Of a stretch of DNA of 64,000 nucleotides, positions 13,899 through 25,905 are shown piece after piece. The DNA is from Amoeboaphelidium protococcarum X5. Taxonomy: Eukaryota > Fungi > Aphelidiomycota. The position numbers were made by a program, and so were the translations under genes. Every line of letters starts with the position of its first letter. The stretch's first letter is position 1. The DNA is taken from positions 584,597-648,596 of the forward strand of contig JALDTO010000235.1 of assembly GCA_023515725.1 (NCBI GenBank), in the 5' to 3' direction. The notes under the pieces are model-generated. The model saw only the letters and a program-made list of their open reading frames with translations. It had not been told where the DNA came from and did no database searches.

Positions 13899-16481
13899 AT
13901 GCCTGAGGTTCATGATCTATTCCAAGTGTTTCAAGATGTTTAGTCTGGTGTGAATATGAAGTCCCACTTAAGTCTGGTGAAATAGTTGATACAGTAACAC
14001 ACAGATGTCAAGTCTCAACTGCAAAGCATTCTTGAACTTTTACTGGCTGTAAAGAGGAAGGAGAAGTGCGTGGAAAATTGCTTTAAGTTCATCTCCTCTT
14101 TGATGCAGGAGAGTTTATAGTTTTCTGAGCAAGAGCAGTTTGCCCCATGGTTGCTTCAATTACTTTGTGAAGAATTCTTGTGTTCTAAAGACAAGTATGT
14201 GCGATAAAACTCTGCTCGATTGTTGGCTCAATGCTTAAGTTAGTTGAATGAGCTGGACGCAGATCTACATGAAATCATACTAGGCGCGTTGGTCGAGAGA
14301 ATCCGTGATATTGAGCCTGAGGTGCGCAAGAATGTCATTATGGCTCTATCCAGGTTCTAGACTATGGATAAGAGTGATGAGGAGTTGGATGATGTTGGCG
14401 AAGTATTGGTCTTTGTTATGCAGAATGATCCTATTGCTGATGTGAGGAAAGCTTGTCTGATTAATCTGACAGCTTCGAAAGCTACTCTACCTCTAATAGC
14501 TGAACGCGTGCTTGATATTGATGAATCTATTGTTAAATTGCTATATAAGAAGTTACTTCCTCCTCTCATGAAAGATGAAATCTTTTTGAATGCTATCGAC
14601 ATGATCAGGATTATGGAAGCAGGCGTTTAGTATACCGATCAGAACCTTGTATTACTAAATGTGGAATTCATTTAAAGGTATCTGTTCAAGTCAGTTGAAG
14701 ATATCCTAAGCTTTTACAAAAGCCAAAAAGATTAATCTGTGATAAAGAAATATCTTGGATTGTTCTTTAAGCACGCTCATAAGTTTGATGTTAATCCTGA
14801 ATTGGTATTAAATGAATTCAGTATTCCTAAAGGTGTAATTCTGTAATGTGGGATGGAATGTGGACTACTTTAGGATGTTGAAGTGACTAGTTTAGCTCGC
14901 TTATTGGATGATTTGGTAAGTCAAGGTTTGTCCAATGAAAGCATACAATTAGTTCTATCGTCATTGTAGTATCTGGACCTTAGTGATGAAGCTAGCAGAA
15001 TCCAACTCTTAAACTCAGTCTAAGCTTTGGTTCAACTAATCACTGTAGAAGATTTACCGCTGGTATTCAAGTCTTTACATTATATTTATCAAAATGATGC
15101 CGACTTTGCTGCGTATTCTAATCAACTTATGGAACAATTACTGCTGGAGATTGAGGCGGAGAATTAGAATTCTGTGGAATAGGTAACTAGACGATTTTCC
15201 ACCTTGAATATTCGCGATAGTTCAGTGTTGGAATCTAAATAGTTACGTCTGCTTACTTATATCAAGTCCACTCTGAAAGTTCTAGACAAGACTCTGGAGC
15301 ATTATCCATCTCTGCTGTAATATCTAGACTCTGTGGTCATCCCAAGTATTAGTGAAGGCGTAGAATCGTTTCAAATCATTGGTATCGAGTGCCTTTCTCT
15401 GTATAGTATACTTCATCCTGTGTTGGCAAAATAGAATTTTCCATTTGTTTAGAGTGTCGCAGAGAGTGGTGGCACAGTTCAAGATCTTGCCTTGAAGACA
15501 TTGTATGATCTGCTGCTTCTATATGGAATCGAGTTTTTTGTCGAGGATGGGTCAGTATCATACAACGACTTGTCATCCTTATTGTATGGGCTATTTTCAT
15601 AAGAAGCTCAGGAATTCTCCTCCGCTGAATTATTAAAGACTGTCCTGATTGGATCATGCAGACTGCTATTGTCTCAGAACTTGTTAGCTACCTTGTCTTA
15701 TCCTGTGCAGTCCTTATCTCAATCGCTATTGGAGTAACTACTCTCATCTCTGCTAAAAGATCCGCCAATCAATCAAGACGTCAGATTGTTTTTGGAAGAA
15801 TGTCTGCAAGCCTTCTGTACATACAGGCTGTAGAATCAAAGGCTCGCTTTGAAGTTGTTCAAGTCTTGTCTATGCGAGAAATTGTCAAGATTGGACTAGA
15901 ACCTTACGAGCCGTTTAGGGGACTATTTTCTTCAATGTACAGACTGCTCAAAGATTCAGTAGGTTAACATTAACAGCGAGGCTTCAGATGGTGATATATA
16001 CGTAGATTCTTGTATCGGGTTGATTAATGATGCTGCGACTTACTCTGTGGAAGTACTGCTCACGGTGTGCAACTTGCTTTGTGAGTTCAACTTTCCCAAG
16101 TAGACACCACGGAATTAGCTGGATCTATTGCTCACGAATATTGAAGCCGTGCTGGAAGATGTTCATGAAAAGGCGTGCATTATGAGTTTGTAAAAGTTGA
16201 AGTATCATGTTGAAGATTCTATGGCTAGATGCAAAACAACGGTGGTACAAGATGATGGAAGTACGATCAACTTGGACGCGACCATCAGGCGTACAAGAAG
16301 GAAAAATGCTGGTGTTAACAAGGATAAAGTTGATCAAGAAGATACAATCATTAATGATGATAATATTGATCAAGACGAAGTTGCATTAATCTTGAATGAC
16401 AATTCTTCGAGTGATGAATAAGAAGAACTCTCCGATGGAGAAGAAGGTGATATAGCTGATGGTGATGACAATGAAAAGTGA
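13899..16481 (+). CDS. YCG1: Condensin subunit G (Ycg1/Cnd3/NCAPG), HEAT repeats
   Basis: SKDKYVRQNSARLL, RIRDIEPEVRKNVIMALSRFQ, MQNDPIADVRKACLINL, ERVLDID, ALKTLYDLLLLYG and an acidic tail. Confidence 0.85.
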
Positions 16482-16510
16482 AATTGATAGTCAAAATACT
16501 CTGTTATATA

Positions 16511-17806
16511 TCAAAATATAGTACCATCACTGAGAATCTAAATAGGTGGACCTTTGGTGTGAGGTCTCTTCTTAGCCGCAATCTCACGACCTGCTTTCCA
16601 CGTACCACCTTCCAGGATGTTTACCAGTGGTAGCTCTTCAATAGACATACCATAACGTTTCCTCAACTCCTCTCCCACTTTATCCAGAAGTGCAACGGTA
16701 AGTGATCTCCACTCAATTATAACTTGATGAGAAGCCTTAAATAGCGGGAGATCCTATTAATATGCAGAGTCCTTGACTGAAGCTGCATTGGACAGACCCT
16801 CTTTCACAAATTCTTCCTTCAACTTTAATACACCAGAATCGACGAACAATCCACCATTGCGATACTCTGCAAGTCCAGTCATTTTAGTGGCATTAGTAAT
16901 TCGCAACTGACCAAATCTGCTGTCAACCAGAGGCTCCATCAAAGAGTAAATTAACCACTAGGACAATTTATGAAAGGACACGTAATCTTAAATGCTCTCA
17001 TTAAACCACACATCTCCCAGATAACTTTCGCCAATAAAAGTTGCCACACGCGGCCATATGTCTCCAAACCCATCGATAGCAATAGTCCAAACATCATCAA
17101 TATCCACCTGATTACTACTACCACCAAGGGAAGATAGGTAATCATATATACAGCCCGGTCTTGAAAGAGACTATTAATCGCTAGTCTAAAAGAACTTTTT
17201 ACTCTTCAAAACTGCACCCAATGAATTGAGCAATTTACAGCGACCCTCAAGACCGAGAATTTGATTTCCATCACCAACTTGAAGGCCAGCGGATAGTTAT
17301 TACACAGTCAAAGCCTCCAAGCCAGTTGAATCGGCTTAGAACGGCTACTTCTTAGGGCAACCACTAAAGAGACCATCTGTGAACATTTACAGTGCCGCCA
17401 AAGCCAAGCCTTCACTACGACCAATCTCCTATCCAGAGCTAGTTTTGAATTTCCACTGATTACCAGCACCAGCATCTAATAGCACAGATACAGTGAACAG
17501 GTCCAGTAAGCGACGAGTTTATTCACTGCGATTAACTCCAGCCTGGGTCCACGCATCCAGAACAGGCTGCAGATAATCCACACCGCCAACCTTGTAATGT
17601 CTCCACCTGGCATGCATCGGGATATCTTTCACACTCTTGTAGTCTCTCTTGATAATTTGGTCCACATAATCAACCACCGAAGACAGTTGAGACATGTCCA
17701 CATTGAAATAATTCAGATTTCCCTTCAAACCACATTCCAGCACTTTCTGAGACTATTACCTAACGCTATCCAGAGATTTCAAATACTAAATCTACTCCGC
17801 ACTCAT
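16511..17806 (-). CDS. URC4: URC4/Urg3 (DUF1688) uracil catabolism protein
   Basis: IPMHARWRHYKVGG, DLFTVSVLLDAGAG, GRSEGLALAA, PFHKLSQWLIYSLMEPL, MTGLAEYRNGGLFVD, IIEWRSLTVALLD, LEGGTWKAGREIA, PPIQILSDGTIF. Confidence 0.93.
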
Positions 17807-18054
17807 ATTTTATAAATTATCAAGTAAAAATGGTTAATAAAAGATGAACACTCCGGTGTTATAACGTTAAAGGTACTGAAAAGGTAAAAGAGTTAAACGC
17901 CGTGAGAGAAAGCTGAGCTTTTCAAACGGGAGGCGTTTGGACTGCGGTAATCTATTCATGCAGCCCAAAACAGAGTGTAACTGCGCGTGTATAAGCTATG
18001 ATAATAGTAATAAACGCTCTAATATTTATTTATTTACCACTATCAATATTAAAA

Positions 18055-18627
18055 TCACAATTGCGCGTTGGTGGTTTAATCGAAATCTTAATTGCTGAAT
18101 GAAGATGCCATGGAGGAGTACTTCTTACCGCTTTTACTCCTGATGAGTTGAGGAGTGGCGGCAGATGGTGATGATGATGATTACTTTGACGCGTCCGCCT
18201 GAGATAGCCTTTTCTTGTACAACGATGACTTGTGCTTTAACATATCGCGGTAGCTGTCTCCTTAATCAGCATTGATATTGCTACCGCCACCTTGTGACTA
18301 CTACTAGGATAACAATAAAGATGGCGACTATAACTATTAAGACGACGACGATTATTGATCCAAGCTCTGTACATTGAGTAATTGATCACTAGTCTACCGG
18401 ACAATCATATTTAATCGCTTCTTCTGACGCTCCAAATACTCTTTACGCATATTCTCTTCATCATTATCGCGCTGAGTGTCAAATAAATCAGAGCTATATC
18501 CCTGTGCATCACCGCCGCGCCTACCATCTCCACCATAAGTATTGTTATTATTAATCAGCTACTCATTAGCACTCTGCTCCTCCTCTTCTTAAATATTAGA
18601 CCTCAGCGATGAACTACAACAGCCCAT
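18055..18627 (-). CDS. Ragulator/EGO anchor subunit LAMTOR1/Meh1-like
   Basis: Starts MGCCSSS (myristoylation/palmitoylation motif) and contains RLNMIVRQTSDQLLNVQSLD, resembling the LAMTOR1 core. Confidence 0.65.
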
Positions 18628-18863
18628 TTTATTATATTCTTTTAAAGCGAGTAAATAGAGTAATTCAAATGATTTTAATTCAGTTATCCTTCAACAGATC
18701 AAGGATGGGAAGGGAGCGAAAGGCTGCGAGTTCTCTTCTTTTTGCAAAACTGAGATCTCCTGCAAAATTTACTATTGAAAGAGCTTGAATTACGTTGGTG
18801 CCTGGTCATAGTTTAAAAGTATTAATTCAAGATACTTATTGATATTGTTAAGGGATTTATAAT

Positions 18864-20132
18864 ATGACAGGAAATTAAAAGGAGGACGAGTTAGATCAAG
18901 TGCTATTTGAGGGCAATAAGGTGGAGGAGGAATAGTAGGCAAAAAACTCTTATGTTAAACTACAACAATAGTCGGATGAGGATGAAGATTCTAGTGATGA
19001 TGATGATGATGATTTGGAAATTATTTTGGATGGTGGTACAGATGGTAATACTTAAGGAGGGTCATCGCTGTTCTAGAGTGGTGCTGTTGGATTAGTTCAT
19101 AGTGGAACGTCTGCCAATATGTAAAAGAGCAACCTCTAGTCGTCCTCAGGTGGTGGGTAATCTTTATAGCAATATTAAAATTCTTTAGATAGAAAGTCAC
19201 TGCAATAGTCCTCTGCATAGTCCCACATCTAGTAGTCACAGTAGTAATCATAATCATAATAATAGCCAGCTATGGATGAAGTTATCCCGATCAGACGTGG
19301 TATGATCAATATCGATGGAATTGGAATTCATAGAGACAAACCAATCCTGGATTTTAATATTGATCTGGATATACCTGATAGTGAGAAGGGTTGGATGAAG
19401 CCGGGAGCTGATGTCACCGACTACTTTAATTATGGATTCACGGAAGATACGTGGCGTCTGTACTGTATAAAGTAGCGAGAGTTGAGAGATGAGCTGGCCA
19501 TCAACAAGAAGAGTGTATTCGACAGAGCCGCCATATTGAAGGAGTATCAGCAGAAGATTGGATCTTCTTCATCCGGAGGGAAGTAGACGGGAGATTCAGC
19601 TTAGGTAGATAGTCGCGGTGATTTCTAGCAGTAGACGTAGTACTAGCAGGATTAACAGCGTGATGTATCTCAAAGCTAGAGAGGATCTGACTACCGTCAT
19701 CATCAACATCATTATGCTCAGCAAGATCATGTTAGTAAAAGCCGTGAGAGGAAGCGAAGTAGAGATGTTAGTCGCCATTCATATGGTGGACGGGTTACTT
19801 CAGCTGGTGATGTTAGAGATTATTCATAGACTAGGGACAAGAGATACAAAGTGGATTATGACAATAATACTCAAACTGCCGATGATTCTCGTTACGCCGC
19901 GCATCAGCATGATGATTATTACTATCAGCACTCGTAATTGTAGCAGCAGTAGCCACCTATAGATTCTGCGCAGTATCAAGATGAATATAGACGCTATGAT
20001 CCGTCTTAAGACTAAAGATATGCAGACTAGTACTACAGTTAGTAAGATTAACAGCAACATGCGTAATACGGTGATTATTATCAACGCGAAGGATACTATA
20101 ATTAACAGTACGATGATTCTAAGCGAAGATGA
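18864..20132 (+). CDS. FIP1: Pre-mRNA 3'-end processing factor Fip1
   Basis: Acidic DDDDLEIILD, Fip1 motif [35 protein letters not shown], and an R/D/Q/Y-rich tail. Confidence 0.92.
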
Positions 20133-20240
20133 TCTAAATATTATTAATTGCTGTATAAATACCGATTCATGTGAAAATAAATATTTATTCATAATAATAC
20201 AAAGTCTAGTTTTAATATTTATTAATGCCAATTTCAAAAG

Positions 20241-20975
20241 TCATTATTTCCACCAAGATACGCAGCCTAAACCGCTTTCATTCATTGCAGCCGTAATGTC
20301 AAAGTGTGATGTATCTTTTCTATCTGCAGCGGATCCCAAGTCTATTTACGTCGATCCAGCTGCATTCTTGGCGAGTTATTACTACTATAACAATTATTGC
20401 TATTACTGTTATTATTATTGTTGAGCCTAGAATGGCTATAAGAGTTGCGACTTGACAGCTTATCGCGTCAATTTAGACTCTTTGAAGTTTAATGCATTGA
20501 CTCGGAATCTCACAATCTCACCTTGATCAAAGTATAAAAACTGCTCTCCATCTGCCTGTTCATCATCATCATCAACATCATCTCCTTCAGTAGGCCATTT
20601 CCATACCTGCTCCTGCACATCGAACACTGATCCATCCATCAATAGATGTTTGGGTACAAAGATGTCATGAAAGAAGCCCAGCGTGACGTGTATCCCTTCA
20701 GCAGTGCTGGATCTAATCTTACCCTCCAACACTTCGCCCACACATGGTCGCAGCACAATCAGCCTGAACGTGATGTTAACACATACACAGCCATCATCCA
20801 CCTCGGGGTCGCCAATTTCCAGAATATCATGGAGACATATACACAGACCGACATTGATCAGCACTTTATTTGCATATTTCACGTCCACTTCATCCCGCAA
20901 AGCTTCCAAATGAGGCTTTCCCAAATCCTACGGTTATATCCGTATTGTATCTTCAATTTTAGCAAGAGCGAACAT
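20241..20975 (-). CDS. RPC25: RNA polymerase III subunit Rpc25/RPC8
   Basis: KYANKVLINVGLCICLHDI, FRLIVLRPCVGEVLEGKIRSST, GFFHDIFVP, MNESGLGCVSWW. Confidence 0.93.
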
Positions 20976-21172
20976 TTAATACTATGACGATTAGTTACTA
21001 ACGGTAATCAATGTACAAAAAGAAGATCGCTGTGATGTTGTTGATAAGGAGAAAACTTTGAAAAGAAGTCTTCAAATCAGTCAACATCCCTTATGCAATG
21101 GCGCAGACTAACTGTACGCGTATAAAGTATATTAACAGCAAGCATGAATTATATTTAGTCTAAACAAATATA

Positions 21173-21586
21173 TCACGAGTTAAGCGAGTATGTATATTTG
21201 CATTTGAGACACGTGTAGAACACAGTCTGTCCTTCGTCAGCACTTCGCAACTGCATAGTAAAGAATTTCATCTTATCGTGGCCACACTTCTCACATCGCT
21301 CCTCTATGATGGCTCCACTATTCTCATCTATACCAGTATCCAGGCTACCATTGTGATTATAACTAGACTGCTTCAGCGATTTCCTACTCTTGCTTATATT
21401 CTTCTTATTCTCGAATGTGGACGCGGCAATGCTATTGAGGCACTGTGAGCACTAAATCCACTCATTGAATGCATTAGGCAAGTCTAACAGATTACCGCAC
21501 ACTTGACAGAATAACGAGTGATAAGCCTTTGGCGCTTACTCTTTTTATTATTATTATTACTGTTATGATATTTACTACATAGACAT
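21173..21586 (-). CDS. RPA12: RNA polymerase I subunit Rpa12
   Basis: LFCQVCGNLLDLP and IEERCEKCGHDKMKFFTMQLRSADEGQTVFYTCLKC (TFIIS-like zinc ribbon). Confidence 0.93.
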
Positions 21587-21763
21587 TACTCAAATTGCTT
21601 TTCTATCCGATTAAGTTGGAGTTTGATACTTTTTTCCAGTAAAGGAGCGACTATCAATTTCTCTCTCAACACACTTTTGATCAAACAACAAGCTGAGATC
21701 TCTTTCTCTTAACTCACAATCAGTTGTTAAATTCCCTAAAAGATTGATTTTAGTGATTATATT

Positions 21764-22456
21764 ATGCCTGCAGATTTTAAGCGTATAGCTAGAGTAAGAA
21801 TTTCAATTGAATGGAGATCCAAAATATACATGTAACTGACAGATGTCGTGTAGGAGATTAAAGATTGTCAATCGGACTCTGATTAATCTACAGTGTATTG
21901 CGAGCTAATTGGGAATAATCATCTAAAAGGATTGATTAAAGGCCCAGATGGAACTGCATACTAAAAGGGATGGTTCATGATTGATATTCGATTAGATGCT
22001 GGATATCCATTCTATCCGCCAAAGGTTAAATTTGACACTAAAGTATGGCATCCGAATATCAGTTCTGAGAGTGGAGCCATATGTTTAGACATTCTCACGT
22101 CCAAGGCTTGGTCACCTGCACTGAACATTAAGAGCATCCTTCTATCACTGCTCGCACTGCTTCAATCACCCATTCCGGATGATCCGCAAGATGCTGAGGT
22201 TGCGCGATAGTTGCTCAGTAATCCACAAGAGTTTTAAAATACTGCAGAGTTTTGGACCGATTCATTCGCTGCCTTCCCCTCATAAGAGTAGATTGGTAAA
22301 ATTATCGAGATTTTGCCGGCACTTGCCCAGAATTAAATGAAGGTCAGGCTTTAATTGCTCATGAATGATATGCAGGAGGAGAAGACTATTCAGTAGTTGA
22401 GCGAAGAGTATGGTCAATCTGTGCCTGAGAAGACTGCTCTCAGCAGTAATAGCTGA
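21764..22456 (+). CDS. UBC1: Ubiquitin-conjugating enzyme Ubc1/UBE2K-like
   Basis: [49 protein letters not shown] and a C-terminal UBA-like tail. Intron about 21794-21853. Confidence 0.9.
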
Positions 22457-22575
22457 CCTTCTGCGTGTATAGTATAAACTTAACTTGGTACAATAACAAA
22501 GAGATACACTCTATAGATATAGCTTTTTTAGAATTGAGTTATATAATGTTTACTATTTTATTTAGTCCAAACTTG

Positions 22576-23544
22576 TCAATTCTAATTTACGGATTTCAAC
22601 AGACTGAGAGCCTCTTCCAAATTTCTTATGGCTGTTGGAAGATCATCATATTACAGGGCACTTATCACGTACCGACAATGTTTAACAGCTTGATCAGACA
22701 CTGAAGGATCTAATACTACCGGACTGACATTATTATAACTAGGAGAAGCATTAAATGACGTCTAACTAGTCGGTCTACTGGCAGATCCAGGTGTATTCAA
22801 CTTTTATGAAGCAGGTGATATAGGTTGTTATTAAAATGATCTTCCGCTCTATGGTTATTATTACTGATTAAACGTGGTGGGAGATTGTGGCAGGGACGAT
22901 GATGATGACTATTATTTATGCATAGAGCTACTATCAAAGGAATCCACATTCTGTGAAGATGCACCTTAATCCGAAGCTGTTGCCTAGTCTAAATCCTGAG
23001 CTAGATCTAGCACCTCATCATCTAGTGAAGTTGGTTTAGAAGCTGGTCGATTCTCTTTTACAGCTTTACTAATCTCAGCAGCACGCCACTTAGAATACTT
23101 TATCTTTTCATCTACAGATGGATCAGTTTATCCAAACACGGAGAGCACTTGCATGAATATATTCGCAGCTAAGAAAGTCAGTGCAATAGATTTAGGTGGC
23201 GGTTTATCCGGTGAATTCAAGGCAGACTTGCGATCCACAGCGTCAGCCTGATAAAAGATTTTCAATGCGAAATCACTAATATGTTCATACGCCAGATCAT
23301 CATTGGTCATTATCTATGCAAACTCTTCATTCTGGCACAGTGCAGACTTTTCAGATTCTAACTAATCCAGAAGCTTAACTAAATACTGAGTGGAATCTTT
23401 ATCACGATCCTTCACAGCCAAACCCATCTTGGCCGCATAATACTTGCAATAATAAGATACCACAGGTGCCCTGCTCTATAATTCTTGCGATCTCTACAGA
23501 AAAGGTCCCAGCTGCTTCAACTACGCTGGTGGTGCTTACTGCAT
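22576..23544 (-). CDS. VTA1: ESCRT Vps4 cofactor Vta1
   Basis: PFLQRSQEL...PVVSYYCKYYA, FALKIFYQADAVDR, KIKYSKWRAAEI and the VSL domain KHCRYVISALQYDDLPTAIRNLEEAL. Confidence 0.93.
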
Positions 23545-24004
23545 CTTTCTTCAATCTAATTCTTTTTCTGAATATGAACAGTCAAGATGTCCTGACAATA
23601 AAGATTAATTTGCACCTATCACAAATCAATGCAGGAAGGATAAATGAAGCGTGTCGTTTCAAAAGAAAAAGAAAGAGAAGAAGAAGACTTTGTTCTGCTG
23701 TTCTGAACTCTCGTTACGGCCATTCTTCTGTCTCTGGCTTTCACTTCCCACACGCTCCCCCCTTCTTCTGCCCAATGTCGCGCGTCACCCATTCTCTTAA
23801 TCATTCTGAACGAAATCTTCTTCCTTTATTTCCGTTTCACGCTTCAATTCAACGTTTCGAAACTCTTCGTCCTCTTTCTTCTCTTCTTCTTCTGTACTGT
23901 TTTGCCTGAAAGAGAAAAATCACCAAGTCTGAACACAGTCTTTTCAGTTATAAAGTACACACAAATATTTGATAGTATTTAGTTATTGCTTAGAAGTATT
24001 CAGT

Positions 24005-25663
24005 ATGAAGAGAAAGAGCAGTGAAGAGTAGTATTCTTTTACTTCGCAGCAGGGGAGTTCTAAGAATGGTCAACTGGTGGATGGAGCGGGAGTTGTTGAT
24101 AATATGAACGGAAATGCTTTCGCTTGGATTGGTAAAGTTTGGAATTCCATCTTGGGATCTGTTTCTCAGCCTGACAATTCTGTGAGTTAAAATGTATCTC
24201 AAGAGAGCACTGTAACTAACACCTATCGTGATTCTAATGAGGAGCAGGATAAGGCTGGTGGTCAGTTACAACCGTATCCTCGTGTAAAGAAGAGAGTATC
24301 GTTTGGGAATTTGCCTCACTAAAGCGAGAATTCTTATGGTGCTTAGAAGGAGGGCAAGTCGATGTCAACTCTGAAGAGAATTAAGCTGTCCCACAATCGT
24401 GCGAATGAGAAGGATTCATTCTATGAGCGAGTGAGAAGACTAATGCCAAACTATGAAGAAGCTGTGTAAGGTGGATATCAGTCTGGGTAGAGATAGTATT
24501 AGAAGTTGGTAAAATATGCATTGAATGTCCAAAAGTACGACCAGCAATTCCATCATCCTGGATAGAGTCGCAGTCGAGTTATCCCTCCTTCTAGCGATGC
24601 CATGACGGATTCATCTCTTTTAATGGTGAGTGATATGGACAACTACGGTGGTCGGTCGGTGAGTAGATCAAGTGCTGGCAATGAATCTATGATGAGTGTC
24701 GATTCTGTCTATTCCAATAGAAGTGTGTACCAACCTCCAGTATCTGCTGATCTTAATCGCGGCTATATGCAGAAGGAGTAGCAGTGGATTAAAAAGTTGA
24801 GAAGTGTTATGAATAAGGCGCTAAGAGACGCTTCTAATGCACCAGTTCCTGACTTGGAGACTCCATCTTATGATGAGCTGGTGAAGAGCATGAAGAAGTA
24901 AAAGTAGAAGAAGTCTGCCGTGAATGCTTTCCCACCGTTGGATGATAAGTAAGCACAAGTTATCTAGTCTGCTCTTGCAACTCCAGCTGGTCAGACTATA
25001 ATCAACAAATTCAAGATTATTATCGAGAGCAAGGATTTGAAGACTGTTAGTAAACGCAATTGGCTGAATGATGAGGTTATCAATTTCTACATGGCCATGA
25101 TCATGGATAGAAGTCAAAGATGCGCAGCCACTCTGCCAAAGGTGCATGTATTTAACTCCTTCTTCTACCCAAAGTTGATTGAAGATGGATATCCGTCTTT
25201 GCAGAGGTGAACGAGAAAGATCGACTTGCTTGGTAGTGGCATCGCTGCCCGGACAAGTCATAGTGGAGATTATAGTGAGCGACCATATGACATGGTTCTC
25301 ATTCCGATCCATCTGGGAGCGCATTGGTGCATGAGCTGCATCGACTTCCGGTAGAAGACTTGTACGTACTATGACAGTCTTCACGGGTCTGGATAGAATA
25401 CATTGAGTGCGCTGCGCCTATACTTGGAGCAGGAATCACTTGATAAAAAGAAGCGGCCCTTTGACTTCACTGGCTGGACATTTCGATGCGATGTCGATAT
25501 TCCGGCTCAGGAGAATGGCTATGACTGCGGGGTGTTTGCATTGACATTTGCTGAACATCTGAGCCGCGATGCTGATTTTGCATTCACGCAGAAACACATG
25601 GGATACATTCGTAGTAAGATTATCTACGAGATTGCGACTGGCCAGTTGCTTATATCTGAATGA
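24005..25663 (+). CDS. ULP1: SUMO protease Ulp1/SENP (C48), with an in-frame TGA at 25208-25210
   Basis: WLNDEVINFYM, FNSFFYPKL, IPIHLGAHW, YYDSL, QENGYDCGVF. The W of the conserved R-W-T motif is TGA, so this may be a pseudogene, a readthrough site or a sequencing error. Confidence 0.88.
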
Positions 25664-25905
25664 TTTCGCATTATTCAGATTGATGATTTATGATTATTTA
25701 TTGAGAAGTTTGTTGTTACTATATACAGAGATATAATTATCAATTGTTCAAGTCCGTACTACCAATTGAATGAACACTTTTAAAGTGACCTGATGCCATA
25801 TCATTTATCAGGCAAAGCAATGGTTCAAATTATAAAAAAGGCATATTGCGAAAAATATGTCCTAATTATACGATAAGTCACTAATACAGATCTAATTGAG
25901 ACTTT

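Noticed and set aside
19596-20424. Ile/Met/Leu-rich ORFs in the supplied track
   Set aside because: They are alternative-frame readings of the low-complexity Fip1 tail and the Rpc25 poly-Q.
23466-23909. 147-aa plus-strand ORF between Vta1 and Ulp1
   Set aside because: It overlaps the Vta1 start in antisense and spans a CT-rich divergent promoter, with no protein-like features.
25207-25263. Intron removing the Ulp1 TGA
   Set aside because: The donor GTGAAC is poor compared with the other introns here, and splicing would delete the conserved W-T-x-K-x-D motif.
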